DNA of 44,493 nucleotides, taken from Nitrospirota bacterium (GTDB lineage: Bacteria; Nitrospirota; JACRHJ01). The position numbers and the translations under genes are program-made. The stretch lies in NCBI GenBank assembly GCA_963845245.1, contig CAWJRJ010000003.1, positions 1-44,493 on the forward strand, written 5' to 3'. The notes under the pieces were generated by a model that was given only the letters and a program-made list of their open reading frames with translations, made no database searches and was not told the DNA's origin. Within the stretch, counting starts at the first letter, position 1. The number at the start of each line of letters is the position of its first letter. Shown here one piece after another: positions 25,514-35,399 of the stretch.

Positions 25514-26256
25514 ATGGGCCTTGAAAGAAACCTGCTGAGGAAGGCCGGACGGGCCATCGGCGACTACAGCCTGATCGAGGCGGGCGACCGCGTCATGGTG
25601 GCCCTTTCGGGCGGCAAGGACTCTTGGGCGCTCCTTCACGTGCTGGAGAAACTAAGGCGCAAGGCGCCGGTAGTTTCAGTCTGAAGGCCGTTACGGTGCA
25701 TTCGGGCTTCCCTGGCTTCAACTCGGACATAATTGAAGAACGCCTGAAGGCGCTCGGATTCGACTACCATATAGAGCGTTCAAACATAAACAGGGTGATT
25801 ACCGAGACCCTGGGGCCGGAGGAGGAAGGGTACTGTTCCTTTTGCGCAAGGCTAAGGCGGGGCGTACTCTACACGCTAGCAGGCAGGTTCGGCTGCAACA
25901 AGATAGCCCTCGGCCACCATGCCGACGACCTTATCGAGACGCTGCTGATGAGCGCGCTCTACAACGGCGAAATCCGTTCAATGCCTCCAAAGCTCCTGGC
26001 TGAAGACGGCAAGAACATAGTAATAAGGCCGCTCTGTTATGTATATGAGGAAGAGACGGCGGCCTTTGCAGATGAAATGGCTTTCCCGCTCATTGGCTGC
26101 GGCTGCCCGGTCTGCGGCGGTTCCGCTCACAAAAGGTACAAGATAAAGTCGCTCCTGGCGGGCCTTGAGGACGAGGACCCGGGCATAAAGGACAATCTGC
26201 TGGCGGCGCTCGGAAATATTAAACCAAAGTATCTATTGGATAAAAGGTTTTACTAG
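25514..26256 (+). CDS. ttcA: tRNA 2-thiocytidine(32) synthetase; indel near 25672
   Basis: [37 protein letters not shown] (PP-loop) from ATG 25514; [27 protein letters not shown] in the 25624..26256 frame. Confidence 0.9.
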
Positions 26257-26287
26257 CCTATTATCTTTTTGAGTTGAGTTCTTTGGC

Positions 26288-26314
26288 TCCACCCTTTCTT
26301 TCAAGAAAGGTGGA
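26288..26314. repeat. Intergenic palindrome (REP-like hairpin)
   Basis: TCCACCCTTTCT-TTCA-AGAAAGGTGGA. Confidence 0.45.
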
Positions 26315-26324
26315 AAGGTTCAAT

Positions 26325-26774
26325 ATGCGTGCAGTTGTCCAGCGGGTCAAAAAAGCGGCGGTGGAGGTTTCCGGTGAGAAGGTCTCCGAGACCGGCCCAG
26401 GCCTGCTAGTCCTCCTGGGCGTCTCTAAGGAAGATACCGAGGAAGACTCCGACTACCTCCTTAAGAAGATAGTGGAACTCCGGATATTTTCGGACCCGGA
26501 AGGCAAGTTCAACCTCTGCCTCACTGACGTTGGCGGAGAGCTGATGGCGGTCTCACAGTTCACCATCATGGGGGACGCCCGTAAGGGCAGGAGACCGTCT
26601 TTCACCGAGGCGGCCAAGGGCGAGAAGGCTCTGGAACTCTACGAATATTTTGTGTTCAAGGCAAAGGATATGGGTCTGACGGTTGGCGAGGGAAGGTTCG
26701 GGGCGATGATGGATGTCAGCCTGATAAACGACGGGCCGGTTACGATGCTGCTTGACAGCAGGAGGCTCTTTTGA
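26325..26774 (+). CDS. dtd: D-aminoacyl-tRNA deacylase
   Basis: MRAVVQRV, SQFT, KGRRPSF, NDGPVT. Confidence 0.97.
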   Translation: MRAVVQRVKKAAVEVSGEKVSETGPGLLVLLGVSKEDTEEDSDYLLKKIVELRIFSDPEGKFNLCLTDVGGELMAVSQFTIMGDARKGRRPSFTEAAKGEKALELYEYFVFKAKDMGLTVGEGRFGAMMDVSLINDGPVTMLLDSRRLF

Positions 26775-27499
26775 CCACTCTCCACTCAGCAAAGGACAGG
26801 CTGATAATTGCTCTGGACGTGGACAGCGCAAAGGCCGCAAAAGAGGCGGTACATGTGCTACGGGGCCGTGTCGGGGCTTTCAAGATAGGTTTCGAGCTTT
26901 TCGTCTCGGAAGGGCCGTCGATCGTAGAGATGGTACGGAACGAGGGTGGGAATGTATTCCTGGACTTGAAGTTCCACGACATCCCGAACACCGTGGCTAA
27001 GGCCACGAAGGCGGCAGTCAGGATGGGGGCGGCTTTTTTCGACGTGCATGCCTCCGGTGGGCGCGCGATGATGGAAAAGGCGGCAAAGGCGGCTGAGGAA
27101 GAGGCTGCCTTACTGGGTATAAACCAGCCTATATCGCTTGCCGTGACGGTCTTGACCAGCCTGACTGCGGACGACCTACGGGTCGACCTTAACATCGGAA
27201 AGACGCCCGAGGAACAGGTGGTATCCCTTGCCATGCTGGCCAGGGAATGCGGGATGCGCGGTGTGGTATCCTCCCCCAAAGAGGCCGCTGCCATCAGGGC
27301 GGCGGCTGGGAAGGATTTCATAATAGTGACTCCCGGTGTGCGGCCCGCATGGGCGGCCACGGACGACCAGAAGAGGTTTACGACCCCGCTTGAGGCTGTG
27401 AACGCGGGGGCGGACTACCTGGTCATCGGCAGGCCAATACTAAAAGCGGGCGACCCGGCGGAAGCGGCGGCGAGAATAATTGAGGAACTCGGTGGCTAA
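26771..27499 (+). CDS. pyrF: Orotidine-5'-phosphate decarboxylase
   Basis: IIALD, FLDLKFHDIPNTV, VTVLTS, TPGVRP, DDQKR, VIGRPI. Confidence 0.97.
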   Translation: MTTLHSAKDRLIIALDVDSAKAAKEAVHVLRGRVGAFKIGFELFVSEGPSIVEMVRNEGGNVFLDLKFHDIPNTVAKATKAAVRMGAAFFDVHASGGRAMMEKAAKAAEEEAALLGINQPISLAVTVLTSLTADDLRVDLNIGKTPEEQVVSLAMLARECGMRGVVSSPKEAAAIRAAAGKDFIIVTPGVRPAWAATDDQKRFTTPLEAVNAGADYLVIGRPILKAGDPAEAAARIIEELGG

Positions 27500-27882
27500 A
27501 AATATACTCATAGTCGAAGACGAGGAGAGCGTCAGGCACGCCTTGTCAAAGATCCTAGAAAACTACGGCTATGTCGTGAAATGCGCCGCCGATGCCGAAG
27601 CCGGAATAACAGATATTCGATGCGGCTGTCGGCGCTGTCGGCATGGACATAGTCCTTACCGACCTGAGCCTGCCGGGGATGTCTGGATGGGAGCTTGCCG
27701 ATGCAATAAAGGGACGGAACCCGGGTATTCCGGTCATACTCCTATCTGGCTGGGATATAGACCCGGAAGACGCGAAGATACACAAAAACGTGGAAATGAT
27801 ACTTTCAAAACCTGTAAAAATCAAAGATATGCTGGCGGCTATAACGGAGTTGGCCGCCCCGCAGACGGAGGATAAAGGATGA
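27492..27882 (+). CDS. Single-domain response regulator receiver; indel near 27620
   Basis: KNILIVEDEESVR from GTG 27492; DIVLTDLSLPGMSG, ILLSG and KP in the second frame. Confidence 0.85.
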
Positions 27883-28463
27883 ACTCGGAAGAAGAGATAC
27901 TGAATATTTTCAGACAGCGTGGGGCGCTCCTGGAGGGCCATTTCCTGCTGTCTTCTGGCCTGCATAGTCCCAAGTACCTGCAATGCGCGCTGGTGCTCCA
28001 GCATCCTGACCTCGCGACCGAGATGTGCTTCAAGCTAGGGGCGCAGTTCCGCGGCGAGAAGTTCGACCTCGTGATCGCGCCCGCGCTCGGCGGCATAATC
28101 GTCGCCCAGGAGGTCGCAAAGGCCATGGGCGTCCGGGCGATGTTCGCCGAGAGGGTGGACGGCAAACTTACCCTGCGCAGGGGTTTTTCCATCAGCGAGG
28201 GAGAGAAGGCCCTTGTGGTGGAGGACGTTATTACCACCGGCGGCTCCACACGGGAGACGATGCGGGTCGTCACAGAGGCGGGCGGCATAGTTGCCGCAGT
28301 CGGCTCCATAATCGACAGGAGCGGCGGCACGGCCGACTTCGGCGTCCCGTACAAGGCCCTCGTCACCCTTGCGATAGACACTTATCAGCCTACGGACTGC
28401 CCCATGTGCGCCAAGGGCATACCAGCTGTCAAACCCGGAAGCCGAAACATCAACAAGGTCTGA
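27879..28463 (+). CDS. pyrE: Orotate phosphoribosyltransferase
   Basis: GHFLLSSGLHS..Y, VVEDVITTGGS PRPP motif. Confidence 0.96.
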   Translation: MNSEEEILNIFRQRGALLEGHFLLSSGLHSPKYLQCALVLQHPDLATEMCFKLGAQFRGEKFDLVIAPALGGIIVAQEVAKAMGVRAMFAERVDGKLTLRRGFSISEGEKALVVEDVITTGGSTRETMRVVTEAGGIVAAVGSIIDRSGGTADFGVPYKALVTLAIDTYQPTDCPMCAKGIPAVKPGSRNINKV

Positions 28464-29960
28464 TGTCCGCACTCCCCTCAAAAGAGGATTTCCTTTTAGG
28501 CATCGAAAACGGGTTGATATACCCCGTTTATGCCGAGATACCCGCGCCGGGCTTCGACCCGGCGCTTGCCTTCCAGCAGCTTGAAAAAAACGAGTATTCC
28601 TTCCTGTTCGAATCGGCCAGGCCTGACGCAAAGATAGGCCGGTACTCCTTCTTCGGGTCCAACCCTTACATGGTTTTCAGGTCCAAGGGCAGCAATGTGG
28701 ACATCATCCGGGACGGGAAACGCGCCACCCTGGCCCGCAACCCGCTTGAGAAGCTCCGCGAGCTGATGGTGAACTACAAGGTGGAACGCGCTACCCGGCC
28801 TGCCCCCCTTCACCGGCGGATGCGTCGGCATGCTCTCATACGACTTCGTCCACAACTTCGAGAAACTCCCCCGGCTGGCCAAGGACGACCTCGCCATCCC
28901 CGAGGCGTATTTCATGTTCATCGATACCCTGGCCGCATACGACCACACAGAGGAAAAGCTGTGGCTGATCGCCAACCCCGGCGCGGCGGACAGGAAGCTC
29001 GGCTACGTCCTGCCTGAGGCTCACGAATGGGCCGATGCATATGACCGGGCGGTCGGCAAGCTGGACGCCATGTCCAAGGCCATTTTCAAAAAGCCAGAAA
29101 CCAGTCTGAAAACAAAAGTAAACCGCTCAGCGGCATAAAGGCCGAACCTCTCATCCCCAAAGAGGCCTACGAGCAGATGGTGGTGCGGGCCAAGGAGTAC
29201 ATCGCGGCGGGCGACATCTTCCAGGCGAACCTCTCCCAGCGGCTTTCCGCCGACGTCACGGGCATCGACCCGTGGGACATATACTCGGTCCTCCGGCAGG
29301 TGAACCCCTCCCCTTTCGCCTCGTTCATGGACTTCCCGGACCTGAAGATCGCAAGCTCGTCGCCGGAGACGGCTGGTGCGGGTACTGGACGGCGTGGTGG
29401 ATACCCGCCCGATCGCGGGCACGAGGCCGCGCGGCAAGGATATAAACGGCGACGAGGCGATGCGTTCCGAGCTTCTCCTGAATAAAAAAGAACGGGCCGA
29501 GCATATAATGCTTATCGACCTTGAGCGAAACGACCTCGGGCGCGTCTGCGACTACGGCAGCGTCCGGGTGGACGAGCTTATGGTCACGGAGGACTACTCG
29601 CACGTCATACATATCGTCTCGAACGTCACCGGCAACCTTGCAGAAGGCAAGGACGCCTTCGACGTGATACGCGCCACATTCCCCGGCGGCACCATCACCG
29701 GCGTGCCGAAGGTGCGCTGCATGGAGATAATAGACGAGCTTGAGCCTGTCGCGCGCGGGCCGTATACCGGCTCCATCGGGTACATCAGCTACACCGGCGA
29801 CATGGACCTGAACATCGTTATCCGCACCTTCGTGATAAAGGACAACCGGGCATATGTGCAGGTCGGCGCGGGGATAGTGGCCGATTCCGACCCAGAGCGG
29901 GAATACTACGAGACACTGCACAAGGCCGAGGCACTTATAAAGACGCTGGAGAAGTTGTAA
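28463..29960 (+). CDS. pabB: Chorismate-binding enzyme, aminodeoxychorismate synthase component I / anthranilate synthase I family; several indels (about 28790, 29140-29160, 29370)
   Basis: FLFESA..GRYSF, YDF, EYIAAGDIFQANLSQR, NPSPF, SSPE, PIAGTRPRG, KERAEHIMLIDLERNDLGR, FPGGTITGVPK, GAGIVADS; adjacent to a PabC-like gene. Confidence 0.75.
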
Positions 29961-29966
29961 AACAGG

Positions 29967-30194
29967 GTGAAACAAGTTATTAATATTGTCTTCTTTGGAC
30001 TCGCAGGCGCATTAGCCGGACTTCTCATAGGCTTCGCCCTCAACTTCGTCTGGTCGTTCGGCTGGATAATGTACTGGGGCGGTGAGAGCCGAGGACACCT
30101 GTGCGACGTGAAGCGTACCGGCGAGAAACTGATACTTTTCATTCCTGCAATAATTACATGCGCGGTTTTTATATGGCGTTGGGGGAGAAAATGA
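29967..30194 (+). CDS. Small two-TM membrane protein
   Basis: 75-aa hydrophobic ORF filling the gap; stop overlaps next start (ATGA). Confidence 0.6.
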   Translation: MKQVINIVFFGLAGALAGLLIGFALNFVWSFGWIMYWGGESRGHLCDVKRTGEKLILFIPAIITCAVFIWRWGRK

Positions 30195-31057
30195 AAATCT
30201 ACATCGACGGTAAGTTCTACCCGAAAGAAGAGGCGAAGGTATCGGTATTCGACCACGGCTACCTCTACGGCGACGGGATATACGAGACGCTGCGGGCGTA
30301 CAACGGCAAGGTATTCGAGATAGAGAAGCATATCAAGCGGCTGTTCCAGTCCGCCTCGAAGATGGCGCTGAAGCTACCGATGGACGAAAACGGCTTCCAC
30401 AAGGCGATAAACGCCTCGGTGAAAGAGAACGACCTTCAGGAGGCTTACATCAGGGTGAGCGTGTCGCGCGGTGTGGGCGAGATCGGCCTCGACCCCGACC
30501 TCTGCCCGGAGCCTACGACGGTAATAATAGCCAAGCAGTTCAACGGCTACCCGCCAGAGATGTTCGAGAAGGGCATAAAGGTGTCGGTGGTGAATACCCG
30601 CCGCAACCACCCGGAATGCCTCGACCCGTCCATAAAGTCCACAAACTGCCTGAACACCATATTCGCCAAGATGGAGGCCAAGCGCGCCGGGGCGTACGAG
30701 GGCATACTGCTCAACCACTCGAATATGGTGGCCGAGGGCACGGTATCAAATATTTTTATCGTAAAAGCAGGCAACATCCTGACCCCGCCGCTCATGGCTG
30801 GTATACTTGAGGGAGTCACGCGCGACCTTGTGCTGAAGCTTGCCAAGGATACGGGCATCACGCTCTACGAGGAGCTTTTCACCGAGGTGCAGCTCTGGCA
30901 GGCGGACGAGGCCTTCATCACCAACACCACGATGGAGGTGATGCCGGTGACACGGGTTGACGACCATGTCATCGCCGGTGGCGCGCCCGGGGCGGTCACG
31001 AAGAAGCTCATGGCCGCATACAGGCAGGAGGTCATCCGATGTTTGGGAACGCCATAG
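30191..31057 (+). CDS. Class IV PLP enzyme (IlvE/PabC/D-AAT family), probably aminodeoxychorismate lyase
   Basis: DHGYLYGDGIYET, H..RL, KSTNCL (PLP Lys), EGTVSNIF, LEGVTR, ADEAFITNT. Confidence 0.9.
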   Translation: MKIYIDGKFYPKEEAKVSVFDHGYLYGDGIYETLRAYNGKVFEIEKHIKRLFQSASKMALKLPMDENGFHKAINASVKENDLQEAYIRVSVSRGVGEIGLDPDLCPEPTTVIIAKQFNGYPPEMFEKGIKVSVVNTRRNHPECLDPSIKSTNCLNTIFAKMEAKRAGAYEGILLNHSNMVAEGTVSNIFIVKAGNILTPPLMAGILEGVTRDLVLKLAKDTGITLYEELFTEVQLWQADEAFITNTTMEVMPVTRVDDHVIAGGAPGAVTKKLMAAYRQEVIRCLGTP

Positions 31058-31740
31058 AACTTGCCCAGGTCATAGAGCATACCAACCTGAAACCGACGGC
31101 GACCCCGGCCGACATCCAGGCCCTCTGCGACGAGGCGAGGCATTACTCCTTCCACGCGGTGGTGGTGAACCCGTGGTACGTGCCGATGGCCGTCGAGCTG
31201 CTAAAGGACGACGACGTAAAGGTCTGCACCGTAATCGACTTCCCGCTCGGCGCAAGCACCACGGCCAGCAAGGTGATGGAGGCGGTGGAGGCGGTACGCA
31301 CCGGCGCGGCAGAACTCGACGTCGTTATGAACATCGGCCTTTTCAAGGCGCAGGACTACGAGGCCTCGGCCACACAGTTGAAGGACTTCATCCTCCTCAC
31401 CCCGGGAGTCGTGCACAAGGTCATAATCGAGGCATGCTACCTTACCGACGCGGAAAAGGCCGGGGCCAGCCGCCTCGTCGCCGAGGTAGGGGCCGATTTC
31501 GTAAAGACATCCACCGGCTTCGGGCCGGGTGGTGCAACCGCGCATGACGTAAAGATAATGAAAGACGCCGCCATAGGCAAGGCCGCAGTCAAGGCGGCGG
31601 GCGGGATAAAGACCCTGGATACCCTGATCGAGATGGTGGAGGCCGGGGCGACACGCATCGGCACATCGTCCGGCGTCGCCATAGTCGAGGAGTTCATCCT
31701 CAGGAACAATAACATTGCCGGTGAAGAATACGATGTCTGA
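31039..31740 (+). CDS. deoC: Deoxyribose-phosphate aldolase
   Basis: EHTNLKP, FPLG, ELDVVMN, KVIIE, FVKTSTGF, VKAAGGI, RIGTSS. Confidence 0.95.
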   Translation: MFGNAIELAQVIEHTNLKPTATPADIQALCDEARHYSFHAVVVNPWYVPMAVELLKDDDVKVCTVIDFPLGASTTASKVMEAVEAVRTGAAELDVVMNIGLFKAQDYEASATQLKDFILLTPGVVHKVIIEACYLTDAEKAGASRLVAEVGADFVKTSTGFGPGGATAHDVKIMKDAAIGKAAVKAAGGIKTLDTLIEMVEAGATRIGTSSGVAIVEEFILRNNNIAGEEYDV

Positions 31741-32039
31741 CGAATTCAAGAAGTTCCTAAAGGAATTCCCTGAACCGGGCAGGGCCTACCTTGAGCTTTT
31801 CAAGTCTGTGATGGCCCGCCCCGCGCTCGACGCCAAGACGAAGCAGCTAATCTTGATAGGAGTAATGACCTCCCAGAACTATCCTCAAGGGGTCAGGGCG
31901 CATGTCCCTCAGGCCCTGGCCGCCGGGGCAACACGCGAGGAAATAATGGAGGCGGTACTCACTCCCCTGCCCGTCTCGGGGATAAACGGCGATCCTCGAA
32001 TGCCTGCCTGTCGTACTTGAGCTAACCGCGCAAGATTAG
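31733..32039 (+). CDS. Carboxymuconolactone decarboxylase (CMD/AhpD-like) family protein; indel near 31990
   Basis: ALDAKTKQLI, H..QALAAGATREEI.EA. Confidence 0.8.
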
Positions 32040-32141
32040 CTCCGATTACATAACATTTTATGTTATACTATTTTTAAAGCCGGAACTACCGGGGCGGCCG
32101 GCCGGTATTGGTGATATTTCATAATTCGAAAGGAAATAACG

Positions 32142-32361
32142 ATGAAAGACAGAGTTGAAAGCGTACTCGCAAAGATCCGTCCACACCTCGTGGCCGACGG
32201 CGGCAGCGTTGAGCTGGTGGCAATAGAGGGAACCGTGGTAAAGGTCCGGCTTCTAGGCGCCTGCGGCACATGCCCGATGTCCCAGATGACGCTCAAAGAA
32301 CGGCGTGGAGAGGGCAATAAAGGCCGAAATACCCGAGATAACCGAAGTCGTGGCCGTATAA
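32142..32361 (+). CDS. NifU/NfuA C-terminal domain Fe-S carrier; indel near 32298
   Basis: IRPHLVADGGSVEL, LLGACGTCPMSQMTLK, continuing NGVERAIKAEIPEITEVVAV stop in the shifted frame. Confidence 0.92.
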
Positions 32362-32398
32362 GGTCCTGCGGTCTTGCCATATTAAGAAAGGGGGGCTT

Positions 32399-33190
32399 AT
32401 GCAGGTCATTGCCAATAACCTTCTCTTCAAGAACAAGGCGTTTATAAATGCCGCCCGGTCAGGCGACAAGGCGGTAATGAGCGCCATGGCCAGCGAGCTT
32501 AAAGCGGCAGGCGCGGACATCATAAACGTCAACCTGAGCCTTGACGGTGACGGCGACGAAAAGTACATGGCGGCCGCAGTCGAGGCGGTGCAGCGGACCG
32601 GCCTCCCGCTCTTTATAGACAGCCGCAACCCGAAGGCGCACCTTGCGGCGGTAAAGACGGCTACCGTGCCTCTGACCCTCAACTACGTCTCCATGGAGGA
32701 ATCGCGTGCCGCGGACATGGACGAGATACTGGGCATTGCGGCCGAGTACAAGACCGACGTGGTCCTGTACGCCATGTGGAAGAACACGCCCTACAACTTC
32801 GACGCCCGGCTGACGATCATAAACGAGCTGCTTGAGAAGGCGAACGGGGCGGGCATAAAGAACGACAGGATAGTAGTGGACCCGGTGATCCTGCACCTGG
32901 CAGGCGGCGTGGGTCAGGAGCATGCGGTAGCGGTGCAGGAGACGCTTTACGAGCTAAGGGAGCTTGTGGAGCCGCCGCTTCGGACGACCTGCTGGCTTTC
33001 CAATATCTCGGCAGGTGCGCCAAAGGAACTGAGGCCCTCTATAAACGACACCTTCCTTGCGATGCTCTCGGGGCTTGGGCTCTGGTCCGCCTCGCTTGAC
33101 GTCCTGAACAAGGAGACGATGCGTACGGTACGGCTCATCCGCGCCATCAACAACAAGGCCGTATACAGCATCTCGGACGCAACTCTATGA
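32399..33190 (+). CDS. Pterin-binding TIM-barrel protein (methyltetrahydrofolate:corrinoid methyltransferase AcsE/MetH-like domain)
   Basis: AGADIINVN, LFIDS, LNYVS, IVVDPVIL, LSNISAG..R..IN..FLAM. Confidence 0.82.
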   Translation: MQVIANNLLFKNKAFINAARSGDKAVMSAMASELKAAGADIINVNLSLDGDGDEKYMAAAVEAVQRTGLPLFIDSRNPKAHLAAVKTATVPLTLNYVSMEESRAADMDEILGIAAEYKTDVVLYAMWKNTPYNFDARLTIINELLEKANGAGIKNDRIVVDPVILHLAGGVGQEHAVAVQETLYELRELVEPPLRTTCWLSNISAGAPKELRPSINDTFLAMLSGLGLWSASLDVLNKETMRTVRLIRAINNKAVYSISDATL

Positions 33191-33948
33191 CCCTCGACTT
33201 AGGCCTTGAAGGACGTACTGCTATCATATCCGGCTCGACAAGGGGCGTGGGCTTCGCGGTAGCGGAAGCCTTGGCCCGAGCCGGAGCAAAAGTCGCCATC
33301 AACTACCTCAAAAACGAGCAGAAGGCCCAGACCGCGCTTGACAGGCTAAACTCCGTCGGCGGCAGTGCAATTGCCGTCAAGGCAGACGCCAGCTCTGCGG
33401 AAGGCGCGTTGAAGCTCGTGTCCGAGGCATCCGCAGCCTTCGGCAAAATAGATATCCTGGTAAACAACGCCCACGGAAACATAATGCGCTCCCCTTTATG
33501 AGATTCGAGCTGGGAGGAACACCAGTCACACATTGACGGCATCCTGAGAAGCGCCTTTTTCCTTGCCCGTGCCGTCATGCCCGGCATGAAGGAACGCGGA
33601 TTTGGGAGGATAGTGAACATCGGCAACAATATGGTCATGCAGCCCATACGGGGTTACAGCGCACTCACAAGCTCAATGGCCGCGCTGCAGGGATTTACCC
33701 GCAACCTGGCCGCAGAGGCCGGGCACTGGGGGATTACCGTCAACATGGTTTCACCCGGCTTTGTGATGACAGGCGATGCGCCGAACACGACGGAAACGGT
33801 ACTGGCGGCAATAACGGAAGCCACTCCGCTTAAGAGGCTGGCCACTCCTGAAGACATTGCCGGCGCTGTACTTTTCTTCTGCTCCGACTTATCAAGGTTC
33901 GTCACCGGCGCCAACCTGTCCGTGGACGGCGGCAAGGTGATGGGCTGA
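33187..33948 (+). CDS. SDR (FabG-like) oxidoreductase; indel near 33495
   Basis: SGSTRGVG, DILVNNA, GRIVNI, ITVNMVSPG, TPLKRLATPEDIA, VDGG. Confidence 0.88.
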
Positions 33949-33961
33949 CTGGGGGTCTTTT

Positions 33962-34970
33962 ATGCATGACGCCATGCTCTGGGAACCTCTTGAAGATAAC
34001 AAGGTCCATTGCTACCTGTGCAGGCACAACTGCCGCATAAACGACGGCAGGCGCGGCATCTGCCAGGTCCGCGAGAACATGGGCGGCAGACTTTACACGC
34101 TCGTTTATGACCGTATAATCGCACGCAACGTCGACCCTATAGAGAAAAAACCACTCTTCCATTTCCTGCCGGGCAGCTTTTCATACTCCATCGCGACCCC
34201 TGGCTGCAACTTCCGGTGCATGTTCTGCCAGAACGCCGACATAGCTCAGATGCCCCGGGATTCCAAGGTCATCATGGGCCAGCCGGCAAAGCCGCAAGAC
34301 ATCGTAACGGACGCCGAGGGGAGCGGCTGCAGGAGCATCTCCTACACATACACCGAACCGACGATATTCTTCGAGCTTGCGTACGACACGGCTATTATTG
34401 CGCATGAGCGCGGGCTCAAGAACGTATTCGTGACCAACGGGTATATAACCAAGGAGGCCCTCGCAAAGATACGGCCTGTCCTTGACGCCGCAAACATCGA
34501 CCTAAAGGGCTTCAACCCCGAGTTTTATAAGAAGGTATGCGGGGCCGAGCTTGAAAAGGTGCTCGATTCCATAAAAGCCTATTACGAATCAGGCATATGG
34601 ATAGAACTCACGACGCTTGTTATCCCGAACCAGAACGACAGCCCTGATGAACTGAGAGGGATAGCCCGTTTCATTGCCTCCCTCGATAAGAACATCCCCT
34701 GGCACGTCACCCGGTTCCACCCGACATACAAGCTTAAAGACGAGCCGATAACCCCGATCGAGACCCTGACGACAGCCAGGATGATCGGGCTGGAGGAAGG
34801 CCTTAAATACGTGTACGAGGGAAATGTGCCCGGAAGCGGTGACTGAGAATACTATATGCCCGCAATGCGGCGACACGTTGATTAAACGTTACGGAAACAT
34901 GACGCTGGCCAATTTTACCGTAAACGGCGCATGCGCAAACTGCGGTGAGAAGGTCGCGGGCGTATTTTAG
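33962..34970 (+). CDS. amrS: AmmeMemoRadiSam system radical SAM enzyme; indel near 34840
   Basis: C..C.H.C..G.C.VR, DPIEKKPLFHF, CNFRCMFCQN, YTYTEP, VTNG; C-terminal ENTICPQCG...CANCG in shifted frame ending at TAG 34970. Confidence 0.92.
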
Positions 34971-35005
34971 GAGTGTTATAATTAAAACAGGCATGGAGGT
35001 CGAAA

Positions 35006-35200
35006 ATGGCTAAGGTACCTTTTGTTGACAAAACTGCGTGCATAAGCTGCGGCCTTTGCACCGAACTGGCGCCCAGCACTTTCAAGCTGGACGCGGACGA
35101 CCTGGCGGAGGTTTACAACCCCACCGGCGACCCGGAGAGCGCTATACAGGAGGCCATCGACAGTTGTCCGTCAGAGGCCATTTCCTGGAAGGAGGACTGA
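35006..35200 (+). CDS. Monocluster [4Fe-4S] ferredoxin
   Basis: CISCGLC...CP; RBS GGAGG. Confidence 0.93.
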   Translation: MAKVPFVDKTACISCGLCTELAPSTFKLDADDLAEVYNPTGDPESAIQEAIDSCPSEAISWKED

Positions 35201-35201
35201 T

Positions 35202-35399
35202 ATGATAAAGGTGAAAACGTTCGGCCAGGTGCTCAAGATATTCGAGACCCAGAAGGAGCTTCACGGCCTTGACGAAGAAGTGAATATTTTCATCAAGGAA
35301 AACAAGATAAAAAATGTCATCTCGGTAAGCGACGCCATCCTGACAGAGTCGGGCGGGGCAACCCAGGGCGTCATAAGGGTACTGACGTACGAAGAGTGA
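35202..35399 (+). CDS. Small hypothetical protein (65 aa)
   Basis: RBS AGGAGG; tightly packed in operon. Confidence 0.75.
   Translation: MIKVKTFGQVLKIFETQKELHGLDEEVNIFIKENKIKNVISVSDAILTESGGATQGVIRVLTYEE

Noticed and set aside
32399..33190. Wood-Ljungdahl pathway locus or true dihydropteroate synthase folP
   Set aside because: No acsB/C/D or CODH genes nearby and FolP motifs (TPDSFSDGG, SRK) are absent
33495..34850. Selenocysteine or readthrough at TGA ends of the SDR (33499-33501) and amrS (34844-34846) ORFs
   Set aside because: Homology continues in a different frame, indicating indels rather than in-frame recoding
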